Made by a program: the position numbers and the translations under genes. From contig CP010425.1 of the NCBI GenBank assembly GCA_000830295.1, positions 544,001-608,000 of the forward strand: a stretch of 64,000 nt of DNA, given 5' to 3'. Under the pieces are notes generated by a model, which saw only the letters and a program-made list of their open reading frames with translations, was not told where the DNA came from and did no database searches. Position 1 is the first letter of the stretch; every line of letters starts with the position of its first letter. This DNA comes from an archaeon GW2011_AR15 (lineage in GTDB: Archaea; Nanobdellota; Nanobdellia; Woesearchaeales; GW2011-AR15). Below are positions 29,792-38,565 of this stretch, one piece after another.

Positions 29792-30986
29792 GTTTTTTCA
29801 ATATTTTTCTTACAGCATACAGGAACATGCCTGAAGACCAGGCAAAAGGATATTCTGCCTTGTATAAAGGCCTCTTTACAGGCTTTCCCTTATTGTCGTA
29901 AATCTCGTATACTATACCATAGTCCACAATCATATCTGCAATTGTGTTAAGTATCTCTACAGCCTCTTTTTCCAGTCCTGCTTTCTCTTTTGCCAAAGCA
30001 CTGGCGCACCCAAGCCAGAGCCATGAAAGCCCATTGTGATAATCACTCAGTCCAAGCATACTAAGCAGGGGAGCTGTCATTTTCTTTGGATATAGGGGAT
30101 ATACGCATGCAGAAGGGACTTTATCAATTCCGTGCTTCTTTGAATATTCTGCTATTGGAATACTGTGTTTCTCCGGCGCAATATCCCATACCACAGCCAG
30201 CATATTTCCGTCTGTTGAAAAATGCTCCCGCCTCTCGTCATGTATCCAGTCTGTATAGTATCTTCCGTTCCAGAAAACTTTTTCTATCTTTTCCTTTGTT
30301 CTGTTATACAAAGAAAGGTACTTCAAATGCTTTTTTTTCATTTCCAGCATCATGAACATATCGCTCAGGCATTTCAGGGCATGGCAGTGGCATATATTTG
30401 TGTAAAGCACCTTCCCTTCCTTTTTCATGCTGTCTGCCCAGTCAGAGTAATGCTTCTGCTCAATAATAAGGTCTGTATCATGGTCGCATGAGTAGTTCCA
30501 CAGCAGAGCCTTCTCTATCCTGATAACATATTTCTTCAGAAACCCGATGTCCCCGGTCTCCTTTACATACTCGTGGGAAGAAATCACAATAAGGGAATTC
30601 TGGTCAACTGTCTTGTGCTTATTCTTATCTGTCGTATAATATGGCTTTCTTTTCCGCTTCCATTCCACGCCAAGATATTTCATCACAATGCCGAAATGTG
30701 ATGCCCCGACTTTGAGCGGAATCTGGCTGGATAAGTCTATATTAAGCCTGTGCTTGGCTATCTTCCTCGGCAGCTGCCATTCCTCGTTTATATGATCAAG
30801 ATAATTAGAAAGGTTCTTCCTGACAATATCATAATCCCTGATAGCCAGGCTGCCATAGCTTGCAAAGCAGGAATCCCTGGCCCAGTAATCCTTGAAATGG
30901 TGCAGCCCTGCGAAAATACCTTTCTCTGCATAGCACTCCCTTAGATTCTTTTTGGCTATCTCCACAGCCTTTTCTATATTTTTCAT
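29784..30986 (-). CDS. (alpha/alpha)6 glycoside hydrolase (glycogen debranching/invertase-like)
   Basis: YWARDS, DWADS, YHNGLSWLW, YEIYD, PFAWSSG. Confidence 0.8.
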   Translation of the reverse strand: MKNIEKAVEIAKKNLRECYAEKGIFAGLHHFKDYWARDSCFASYGSLAIRDYDIVRKNLSNYLDHINEEWQLPRKIAKHRLNIDLSSQIPLKVGASHFGIVMKYLGVEWKRKRKPYYTTDKNKHKTVDQNSLIVISSHEYVKETGDIGFLKKYVIRIEKALLWNYSCDHDTDLIIEQKHYSDWADSMKKEGKVLYTNICHCHALKCLSDMFMMLEMKKKHLKYLSLYNRTKEKIEKVFWNGRYYTDWIHDERREHFSTDGNMLAVVWDIAPEKHSIPIAEYSKKHGIDKVPSACVYPLYPKKMTAPLLSMLGLSDYHNGLSWLWLGCASALAKEKAGLEKEAVEILNTIADMIVDYGIVYEIYDNKGKPVKRPLYKAEYPFAWSSGMFLYAVRKILKKPI

Positions 30987-31063
30987 AATTTTTTATCTGT
31001 CCTGTTTATTTATATAGTTTTCATAAAGTTTATATAAACACTTTTACACCCTAGTATAGAAAA

Positions 31064-31327
31064 ATGGATTTTGACAAGCTGATGAAATATCAGAACATGC
31101 TCCAGAACAGGCTGAGGCAGGAGGAGCAGACAGACAGGAAGATAGATATTCTCTCTATAATTAACAGGCTCACATCAGGGCCGAAGAACATTGTCCAGAA
31201 AGAGCAGATAGTCCTTGAAGCATCTTCAATGGGGTTTACAGAAGAGGAGATAGACTCCCTTATAGACACTTTAATTGAGGACAATATAATCTATGTGTCT
31301 TCTCCGGGATACATCAAAAAAAGGTAA
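31064..31327 (+). CDS. Small winged-helix protein resembling the MCM C-terminal domain
   Basis: EQIVLEASSMGFTEEEIDSLIDTLIEDNIIYVSSPGYIKK. Confidence 0.6.
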   Translation: MDFDKLMKYQNMLQNRLRQEEQTDRKIDILSIINRLTSGPKNIVQKEQIVLEASSMGFTEEEIDSLIDTLIEDNIIYVSSPGYIKKR

Positions 31328-31381
31328 ACTTTTTTTGGGCTCTGGAAACAGGTGAGTTTTCAGGATATAAAGAAAAGATAG

Positions 31382-34303
31382 TTATTTCTGATAATCAGGA
31401 ACAAGTATAGCATTAAGCCCCTTCTTTCTTGCATCCTCTATCTGTTTTTTCATCTCTGCATCAACTTCATTTATCCCTGAAAAATTGTCATCGGGGCTGA
31501 ATGCTGCCCAGGCTTCTTTTATAGGGTATTTTATGAAAATTTTTTCTCCTGCATCCGGTGTAACCCACGATTCCGCCCCTGAAACATATCCCTTCATGTA
31601 TGGCCACAGCTTTCCGTTATTGAAAAAGAAAGAAGGCTGGTAATCATTTTTTTGCTCTTTCCCCTCCAGGCTGTAAAAAAAAGCATGCGGAACAATAATA
31701 TCCACTCCATTATCCAGAAGCCAGTCCCTTGTCTTCTCAGCCTGTGCAATCGTTAGCTCTTCGCCATAGCCCGCAAAAGCCTCAGTTAATGCAGGCCTGC
31801 TGCCATACAACTCTTTTGCGGAATTCAATAAGACCGGGTGTATTTTATTCTCATCAAAATAGAATATATCGTCTGTCCCGTATATGTCAAAATATTGCTG
31901 GTGCGTGAAGAAATCTCCTTCATAGATTACAGTTTCCCACAGGTTCTCTTCACCCATCAGATGCCCTGTCAGAAGCACGCCGTGGCTGCTGGTCCAGTTA
32001 TGGAGTTTTTCAAAATAGTTCTTTGAATAGGCATATGTAAGCACCTCAAAATAATCTGCCTTTGTTTTTTCTGAGAGTTCCCCAGAATCATGCCAGATGT
32101 AATACAGGTTTTCAGAAATATTGTAGCCCTTCATTCCGTAAAATACCGCATCAAAATCATCTGTCCATGCTATTGCATTATAATTTTCAACTGCACCATA
32201 CAGTCCCGGTTCATCAGTAAAGAACCCGACGATGGTTGTTCCGAAATATTCAGGAAACCTCTTGTAATATTCCTCATAAGTTGTTTCTATAAAAAGCTCT
32301 GTTGTCTCGGGATCAAGAAGATCAACATATTCTTCTCCGGTGGTTTCAGTCCTGTAATTTGCATAATCTTTATAGAAGATTACGGCGTTAGAATTTATTT
32401 CGAAGTTGCAATAATCTTCCGCGCAACTGTCCTTTCCTATAACTTTTATATCTGTAATATCTGTTACATCAAGAATAACTTCAATCATGCTCTTATCAGT
32501 ATTAATATCTTTCAGATATATGCTTCCGCCCTCAACAATTTCAATATTGAGGTTCTTTGCCCGTAAATCATAATCCCCTTCGAGAACTTTTCCTCCGGCT
32601 CTGCCGCTAGGCCAGTCAAATTCGTCATATATCCAAGCCCGCATACCTCTTTTTTCAAGCTCTTTCAGGGCATAGCCGACGAAGTAAAACCATTCCTCTG
32701 ACAAGTATTCCTGTTCGAGTCCTGTTCTGGCATGTATAATAACCTCGCTTATCTCTATATCCTGCATCAGCTCAATCTGTCTTGTTATTTCACCTTCTGC
32801 AAGGTTTCCGTTCCAGAACCAGTACGGTATGATTTTAGAAGGAGTATAGTTCACAGGCTGCCTTATTATCTCATAGACCATTATATCCCCAAACTCCTCC
32901 GCCAGCATCAGTCTTGTGTCTTTGAAAAGCAATCTGAAGCATTCTTCATTTTCAAAGTCCTTTTCTGTTAAGACATATTTTATATGCTTTTCAATTTCCC
33001 AATATCTATAATCTTTCCAGTCATCTCTCATTAAAACCTTTGAGTAATTCAGTGTGCTGCTGTTGCAGAAAGTTGCAAAATTCAGTGTTCTTCCTTTTTT
33101 CCCGGAAAGCCAATAAAGTCCTTCATTCCAGCCATAATAATAGAATGATTGATTTTCTTCTAGATTATCGGAAAGGAATTCAGTGATTTTATTTTGCTCT
33201 TCTAGAGAACTGAAAGGACCAAACTCCAGCTCGATTGAATCCACATTTAAATTTGGATATAAAACTACAGAAGAAGATATTGTTAGTATCAGAGTAAATA
33301 CAAGCCCGGCAACAAATATTTTTTCTTTAATGAAATGCCTCGCCAGATTTGCAGAAATAAGTGCCAGCAGAGGAACAATATTTAGGATATAATGGCCATA
33401 TGTCGGAAGCACCAAGCTAAATAGAAGATACATAATGCAGAATAATGAGATTAATGAATAGGGGGCTTTCAATTCCCTGCGCTTTAAATATGAAAACAGA
33501 GTAATAAAGATGAATATGGAAGACTGGAGCAAGAACAGTGGGATATACGAAGGCTGCACATTATGCTGGTAGGGTATGTTCAGGTACCAAATTCTAGTTG
33601 CCTCAAAAATACCCGCTGCTCTCTCGATTAAGTTGAAATTATATATATATAATAAACTGGCAAAAGACATGGCGAATAAAGCAAAGATTCCAGTTATCAG
33701 CGGCACATATGCATCTTTTCTTCTTATTGCAAAAAGATAAATTATGTGGAACAGGCTTAGATATATTACCCGCGGATCTGAGAATATTGCCAGAAAATAC
33801 ACAATACTAGCTATGATGAGGTCAACTTTTTTCCTGCCTGCAAGGTATTTATTGAGAAAATACAGGCTTGAAGTGAAGAATAGTATATAGACGAGGCCGA
33901 CTTTATTCAGGAAACCGTGATAAAATGGAATTGCCATAAGAACAGCAAAAATACCGCCTGCAAGATATGTCTCTTTTCTGTTTTTTGAAAACTGATATGA
34001 AATAAGCACGATAAAAATGAAGCATAGCAGATAAAGAAGAAACCCATATAGTCTGTAAAATAAAAAAGAGTGGTTCAGGATAAACAATGGCAGCATATAT
34101 ACGGCATAGACTATGGGTGATTTGTCGAATAACCCTGTTAGAGGTGATGAACTCAGATTGTCTTTCATATACTCTGAGAATGAAACAATCACGCCCTCAT
34201 CAATTTCCATTGGCGTAATTAGCCACATGGATCTCAGTAGGATTGCAAACAGCAAGAGCAGGATAAACTGCTTTGTAAAAAATAGTTTTTTCAGCTCCCT
34301 CAT
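31382..34303 (-). CDS. Fusion: GT-C (ArnT/PMT-like) membrane glycosyltransferase plus GH106-like glycoside hydrolase domain
   Basis: N-half ~11 TM with IDEG and DKSP loop motifs; C-half PYWFWNG, HARTGL, YLSEEWF, WIYDEFDWPSG, GFFTDEP, LTGH..GE. Confidence 0.75.
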   Translation of the reverse strand: MRELKKLFFTKQFILLLLFAILLRSMWLITPMEIDEGVIVSFSEYMKDNLSSSPLTGLFDKSPIVYAVYMLPLFILNHSFLFYRLYGFLLYLLCFIFIVLISYQFSKNRKETYLAGGIFAVLMAIPFYHGFLNKVGLVYILFFTSSLYFLNKYLAGRKKVDLIIASIVYFLAIFSDPRVIYLSLFHIIYLFAIRRKDAYVPLITGIFALFAMSFASLLYIYNFNLIERAAGIFEATRIWYLNIPYQHNVQPSYIPLFLLQSSIFIFITLFSYLKRRELKAPYSLISLFCIMYLLFSLVLPTYGHYILNIVPLLALISANLARHFIKEKIFVAGLVFTLILTISSSVVLYPNLNVDSIELEFGPFSSLEEQNKITEFLSDNLEENQSFYYYGWNEGLYWLSGKKGRTLNFATFCNSSTLNYSKVLMRDDWKDYRYWEIEKHIKYVLTEKDFENEECFRLLFKDTRLMLAEEFGDIMVYEIIRQPVNYTPSKIIPYWFWNGNLAEGEITRQIELMQDIEISEVIIHARTGLEQEYLSEEWFYFVGYALKELEKRGMRAWIYDEFDWPSGRAGGKVLEGDYDLRAKNLNIEIVEGGSIYLKDINTDKSMIEVILDVTDITDIKVIGKDSCAEDYCNFEINSNAVIFYKDYANYRTETTGEEYVDLLDPETTELFIETTYEEYYKRFPEYFGTTIVGFFTDEPGLYGAVENYNAIAWTDDFDAVFYGMKGYNISENLYYIWHDSGELSEKTKADYFEVLTYAYSKNYFEKLHNWTSSHGVLLTGHLMGEENLWETVIYEGDFFTHQQYFDIYGTDDIFYFDENKIHPVLLNSAKELYGSRPALTEAFAGYGEELTIAQAEKTRDWLLDNGVDIIVPHAFFYSLEGKEQKNDYQPSFFFNNGKLWPYMKGYVSGAESWVTPDAGEKIFIKYPIKEAWAAFSPDDNFSGINEVDAEMKKQIEDARKKGLNAILVPDYQK

Positions 34304-34394
34304 AATAATATGCGTAGTTGGGACATGTGATTTTAAACTTTTCTTTTGCATAAACTATTTATAACCCTCTTCATTCTAAAAGCAAGGTGTGTTC

Positions 34395-35108
34395 ATGGCA
34401 GAAGCTCTTTATATGGAAGATTCATATCTGAAAGAATTTGATGCAGTAGTTAAAGCAGTAAGCAAGGGCAAATATGTAATTCTTGACAGGACAGCATTTT
34501 TCCCTAAAGGAGGGGGGATAGAATATGATACAGGAGTTATTACAAGAAAATCTGACTATAAGGAGTTCAAAGTCGTATTTGTAGGCAAATTTGACGGAGA
34601 GATAAGCCATGAGGTTGACCAGGAAGGACTTAAAGAAGGCGATGAGGTCCACTGCAGGCTTGACTGGGACAGGAGATATCTCCTTATGAGATACCATACA
34701 GCAGCCCATGTCTTAAGCGGCGTATTCTATAAAGAGTACGGTCTGATGATGACAGGCAACCAGATGACACTGGAAAAGGGCAGGATGGATATGAATATGG
34801 AAGAGATGGACCCCGAAATGATAAGTGAGGGGTTTAAGAAGGCAAATGAGCTGATAAAGAAGGATTTTCCGGTAGAGATCTACTCCAAGACAAAAGAGGA
34901 GGCAGAAAAAGACCCGACATTGTTCAAACTGGCTATAGGCTTCCCTCATAAGCTGGATAAGATAAGGATAGTGGATATCAAGGGCTTTGATGCACAGGCT
35001 GACGGAGGATGCCACGTCAAAAGCCTTAAAGAAATAGGGAAAATAAGGTTTACAGAGGCAATCAACAAGGGAAAAGAAAACAGGAGGGTTTATTTTGTTT
35101 TAGAATGA
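34395..35108 (+). CDS. alaXM: Alanyl-tRNA editing protein AlaX-M
   Basis: LYMEDSY, LDRTAFFPKGGG, MRYHTAAH, ADGGCHV. Confidence 0.93.
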   Translation: MAEALYMEDSYLKEFDAVVKAVSKGKYVILDRTAFFPKGGGIEYDTGVITRKSDYKEFKVVFVGKFDGEISHEVDQEGLKEGDEVHCRLDWDRRYLLMRYHTAAHVLSGVFYKEYGLMMTGNQMTLEKGRMDMNMEEMDPEMISEGFKKANELIKKDFPVEIYSKTKEEAEKDPTLFKLAIGFPHKLDKIRIVDIKGFDAQADGGCHVKSLKEIGKIRFTEAINKGKENRRVYFVLE

Positions 35109-35233
35109 GAGAAATATCATGCCCAAGGTGCGGCTCTTCTGAAATCAGGGAGATTGCAGACGGCTATTATAAGTGCGATTCATGCGGGTATACAGGAAGC
35201 CTTGACATGGATAAAAGCATATCCAGAGAATAG
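35105..35233 (+). CDS. Small zinc-ribbon protein (42 aa, not in ORF track)
   Basis: MREISCPRCGSSEIREIADGYYKCDSCGYTGSLDMDKSISRE*; ATGA overlap with alaX stop. Confidence 0.7.
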   Translation: MREISCPRCGSSEIREIADGYYKCDSCGYTGSLDMDKSISRE

Positions 35234-35938
35234 TTATTTGCAGTAGGCTTTCCCGAAATTAATGTAAATATAGGCACCCCCTTCCGGGCCTTCAAGGTAT
35301 GGGTATTCGTAGGTTCCAAGGTTTGTTTCTATTGTTGCAATATCTCCAATTTCCTTTTCACCAAAAAAAGAATAGTAAGCATCTGTATCTGTGCCATCCC
35401 ATAACGAGCTTGCCTCTCTTCCATCAATAGAAAGAATTATTTCAGCTTCACTCATCTTTTCTAAATACTCTTCCCTTTCTTCTTCATAGCCGGCAAAATA
35501 CCAGCCGCATACACGCGCTCCACCAAGATTCTCTGTTTCTCCCAAATAGCAATGATATGCATCAATTGAAGAATTCTCATTCTGACATGCCGGGAAATCA
35601 TCCAGTGTCAGTAGTTCTGAGGAAGATGCACTTTGAGTAAAGATAACAATCAATGCTATTACAAGCACTATTGCAGTGGGGATTGCAATAAACTGCCACT
35701 TGATATTCAGCTTGAATCCGGGCTTTTTTTCCGGAGCAGACGCAGATTGTAGGGTAGGAAGAGGCGGGACAGCAGGAGTTGGAGAGGCAGGCCCCAGCGC
35801 CTTATCAATAATATCAGAAGGGACATTAGAACTCTCAAGTTTCTGCCTTATAACCTCCACAGAGAAACCTTTTTTTAGATTATCATCTACATATTTTCTA
35901 ATGTTTTCTAAATAAGTCACCTCTTTTTTATCGTCCAT
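35234..35938 (-). CDS. Single-pass membrane protein with N-terminal small helical domain
   Basis: IRKYVDDNLKKGFSVEVIRQKL, Pro-rich linker, TM helix, acidic extracellular domain. Confidence 0.7.
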   Translation of the reverse strand: MDDKKEVTYLENIRKYVDDNLKKGFSVEVIRQKLESSNVPSDIIDKALGPASPTPAVPPLPTLQSASAPEKKPGFKLNIKWQFIAIPTAIVLVIALIVIFTQSASSSELLTLDDFPACQNENSSIDAYHCYLGETENLGGARVCGWYFAGYEEEREEYLEKMSEAEIILSIDGREASSLWDGTDTDAYYSFFGEKEIGDIATIETNLGTYEYPYLEGPEGGAYIYINFGKAYCK

Positions 35939-35985
35939 CTTATTTAGTCTGGCTTACAAGCTTTATAAATTTTACCTGTAATGCT

Positions 35986-36354
35986 TTAGTTTTTTGATGT
36001 AACGTACAATGCTTTCAGTGCCACTACAGCAGCTCCAGGAGCCACAAACAGGGTTACGTTAGCCAACAGAGGATCTATGAATGTAATCCATGAGCTAACA
36101 AAAGGAACCACCCCTACAACTCTTGTCAGTGTTACGGAAAGCGCATTAGCGGACAGCAGGAAAGTCAGGCTTGCCAACAGATACAATGAAAGCTCTTTTT
36201 CTGTTATGTTCATCAGACCCACAACCAGTCCAAGCACTCCGAGCATCCAGAACACCTGTCCTGCGAATGTTGCAGCTACAGCAATCAGCAGGCCGAAAAA
36301 GAAAGCCCACGGCCCTATACTGCCTAGCATACCTTTATCATTTTTTTTTGCCAT
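35986..36354 (-). CDS. Small multi-pass membrane protein
   Basis: LGLVVGLMNITEKE...FVAPGAAVVALK, hydrophobic throughout. Confidence 0.75.
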   Translation of the reverse strand: MAKKNDKGMLGSIGPWAFFFGLLIAVAATFAGQVFWMLGVLGLVVGLMNITEKELSLYLLASLTFLLSANALSVTLTRVVGVVPFVSSWITFIDPLLANVTLFVAPGAAVVALKALYVTSKN

Positions 36355-36420
36355 AAAACCACCCCAGAAATAGTCTAATATATGCGTATATAAATATGTT
36401 TTTATTATCTATTAAAAAAC

Positions 36421-36430
36421 CTTTATAAAT
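36421..36430 (+). promoter_or_regulatory. TATA box with upstream A-rich BRE for the tRNA-Trp locus
   Basis: AAAAAACCTTTATAAAT, ~25 bp before the tRNA-5'-like copy at 36455. Confidence 0.6.
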
Positions 36431-36454
36431 TACAGCCGTTTCTGTGAACTTAAT

Positions 36455-36532
36455 GGAGGCGTAGTATAACCAAGGCCAACTGATAATGTCGGTTGACACC
36501 ATAGTGGGTTTCGCTACGCTCAAGCCCACATA
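36455..36532 (+). repeat. Degenerate copy of tRNA-Trp 5' end followed by REP-like hairpins
   Basis: GGAGGCGTAGTATAACC vs tRNA GGGGACGTAGTACAACC (14/17); GTGGGTTTCGCTACGCTCAAGCCCAC is a near reverse complement of 50683-50708. Confidence 0.65.
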
Positions 36533-36534
36533 AC

Positions 36535-36663
36535 GGGGACGTAGTACAACCTGGCTAGTATAAGCGGCTCCAGTCATGGAGCGATGAGGCGTAAGCCGAT
36601 GACATGCAGATAAAAGTTCCGGGAAGTAACCGCTGGATCGGGGTTCAAATCCCTGCGTCCCCA
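36535..36663 (+). tRNA. trnW: tRNA-Trp(CCA) with 55-nt intron at 37/38 (36574-36628)
   Basis: Acceptor GGGGACG/CGTCCCC, anticodon stem AGCGG/CCGCT, CCA at 36570-72, T arm CGGGG-TTCAAAT-CCCTG. Confidence 0.92.
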
Positions 36664-36664
36664 C

Positions 36665-36758
36665 CTTATTTTTTTCGTTCTGTTAACTCGTTAACAGAAC
36701 TGGATTTGTTTCCCTCAAGGCTTTTTTAAAGGCTTGGTGAGCATCCCTGCGTCCCCAC
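36665..36758 (+). mobile_element. ~94-bp non-coding hairpin element ending in a duplicated tRNA-Trp 3' end
   Basis: ATCCCTGCGTCCCCAC at 36649-64 repeated at 36743-58; hairpin GTTCTGTTAAC/GTTAACAGAAC; 35-bp core 36705-39 shared with tRNA-Thr locus. Confidence 0.7.
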
Positions 36759-36805
36759 TTTTACTTATAGGAAATATTTTAACCAAGACCGTATTTTTGT
36801 TTAAC

Positions 36806-37657
36806 ATGGATATTTCCTTAGGCATAATAACTTACAAAGACAGGAAAATAGATGGACTTCTGGAAAGCATCAAAAAACAAAAGCTGCAAAAAGTAAGGGT
36901 AAAAGAGATTATCGTCGTTTGCATTGAAGCAGACAAGAGACATATAAGAAATCTGCTGAGAAAATATGGATTTGAGAAAGCAAAAATTCTAACAGAGAAA
37001 AAAAGAAAAGGAAAATACAACGCAGTCAATTTATTTTTTAAAGAAGCAAAATCAGGCATCCTTGTGATGAGCAGCGGGGACATTCTGCTGCATGAAGCTG
37101 CAGTTGAAAGTATATGCAGGCCGTTTTCTGACAGTCGGACAGGCATAGTGGCAGCAAGACCTCTGCCTATGAATATTAATTCCGAAAACATGCTGGGATT
37201 TACTGTTGAACTGCTGTGGGAGCTCCATCACATCATTTCATATCAGCAGCCGAAATTCGGCGAATTTATTGCTTTTAGGAATCTCGGATTTATCTTACCG
37301 AAAACAGCAGTAGACGAAGAGACGATAGCGAGCATAATATATTCAAGAGGATATAAAGGAAGATATGCAGAAAACGCAGTAATTTATAATAAAGGGCCCG
37401 GCACAGTCCATGATTACATAAAGCAGAGGAGGAGAGTGTATTGCGGGCATATGCAGCTTAGAAAAATTTCCGGATATAAAGTTCCGACCTTAGATAGCGT
37501 TAGAATTATCAGCCATCTTCTGAAAAGAAAAGAACTCCTGAAGCATCCACTTAAAGCACTCTATGCCATCTCACTGGAATCTGCCGCTAGAGCCCTTGGT
37601 TTTTTTGACTATATTGCCGGAAAAGATTACGCGGTATGGAAGATAATAAAAAAGTAA
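36806..37657 (+). CDS. Glycosyltransferase family 2
   Basis: RKGKYNAVN, SSGD, GEFIAFR, AVDE, QRRRVYCGH. Confidence 0.85.
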   Translation: MDISLGIITYKDRKIDGLLESIKKQKLQKVRVKEIIVVCIEADKRHIRNLLRKYGFEKAKILTEKKRKGKYNAVNLFFKEAKSGILVMSSGDILLHEAAVESICRPFSDSRTGIVAARPLPMNINSENMLGFTVELLWELHHIISYQQPKFGEFIAFRNLGFILPKTAVDEETIASIIYSRGYKGRYAENAVIYNKGPGTVHDYIKQRRRVYCGHMQLRKISGYKVPTLDSVRIISHLLKRKELLKHPLKALYAISLESAARALGFFDYIAGKDYAVWKIIKK

Positions 37658-38527
37658 TCAAAGGGATTTTTCTGTTATTTCCACTGCTTTTTCTAAGGTA
37701 ATGAATTCAGGCTTAATTCTTTTCTTTAATTTGCTTATGCTGACCGTCCTTGTCTCTGTAAAGAAATTTACCCTCTGAGAGTTTATCAGAAAATCTCTCT
37801 TGAATATTTTTGACAATAAATCTGCTAATTTTGCGAAGGGCATCATAAAGACACTACATAATGGGATAAAGATGATTTTTTTATTTATCATTTTTGCAAA
37901 TTCTCTCACTGAAACCTGCCTTTCTCCTGCAACAACAAACAATTCATTATTTATATCTTTCTCAATAATTTTGATCAGTATATCTGTAAAATCCTCAACA
38001 AATAATGGCTGTATAAGATTCCTGCCTGAATCAATAAGAGGGAAAAACCCTCTTCTTGCCATCCTGAATATTTTCATGAACCTCCTATCTCCGGGCCCGA
38101 ATATTATTCCAGGCCGTAAGATAACATAGTCAAGGCCGGAATCCTTCACAAGCTTTTCTGCCTCCAGCTTTGTTTTCTCATAAGGTGTTCTGGGGTTTGG
38201 CGGAGTATTCTCCTTAGCATTTATGCATGGTTCGTAGATTCCTGCAGTGCTTATAAAAATAAATCTTGCCCCGGCTTTTTTAGCTTCATTCAGCATGTTT
38301 TTCGTCCCGGTAACATTAACTCTATAATGGGAATCGTCAAATGAGTTATCCATCAGCTTCCCGGCCAGGTGGATAACTATATCAGACTTTTTGGCGCAAT
38401 CTATGATTGTTTCTGGCTTTGTTATGTCCCCGCTGAGAAGGTTTAATTCATACCCTCTATTTTTTAGTTTTTTCACAAGATTTTTACCTATAAAACCCCT
38501 ATGTCCAGTAACAAGAACCCTTGCCAT
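37658..38527 (-). CDS. NAD-dependent epimerase/dehydratase
   Basis: LVTGHRGFIG, IHLAG, YEKTK, LRPGIIFGPGD. Confidence 0.9.
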   Translation of the reverse strand: MARVLVTGHRGFIGKNLVKKLKNRGYELNLLSGDITKPETIIDCAKKSDIVIHLAGKLMDNSFDDSHYRVNVTGTKNMLNEAKKAGARFIFISTAGIYEPCINAKENTPPNPRTPYEKTKLEAEKLVKDSGLDYVILRPGIIFGPGDRRFMKIFRMARRGFFPLIDSGRNLIQPLFVEDFTDILIKIIEKDINNELFVVAGERQVSVREFAKMINKKIIFIPLCSVFMMPFAKLADLLSKIFKRDFLINSQRVNFFTETRTVSISKLKKRIKPEFITLEKAVEITEKSL

Positions 38528-38565
38528 AGCAAATTATTTAAAAAAACGAATGCATATAAAAAACC

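Noticed and set aside
36455-36500. Independent or split tRNA gene
   Set aside because: Only ~17 nt resemble a tRNA; no D-arm completion, T arm or complementary partner half found in the window
36338-36664. 108-aa minus-strand ORF
   Set aside because: Antisense to tRNA-Trp (MGTQGFEPRS is a typical tRNA shadow)
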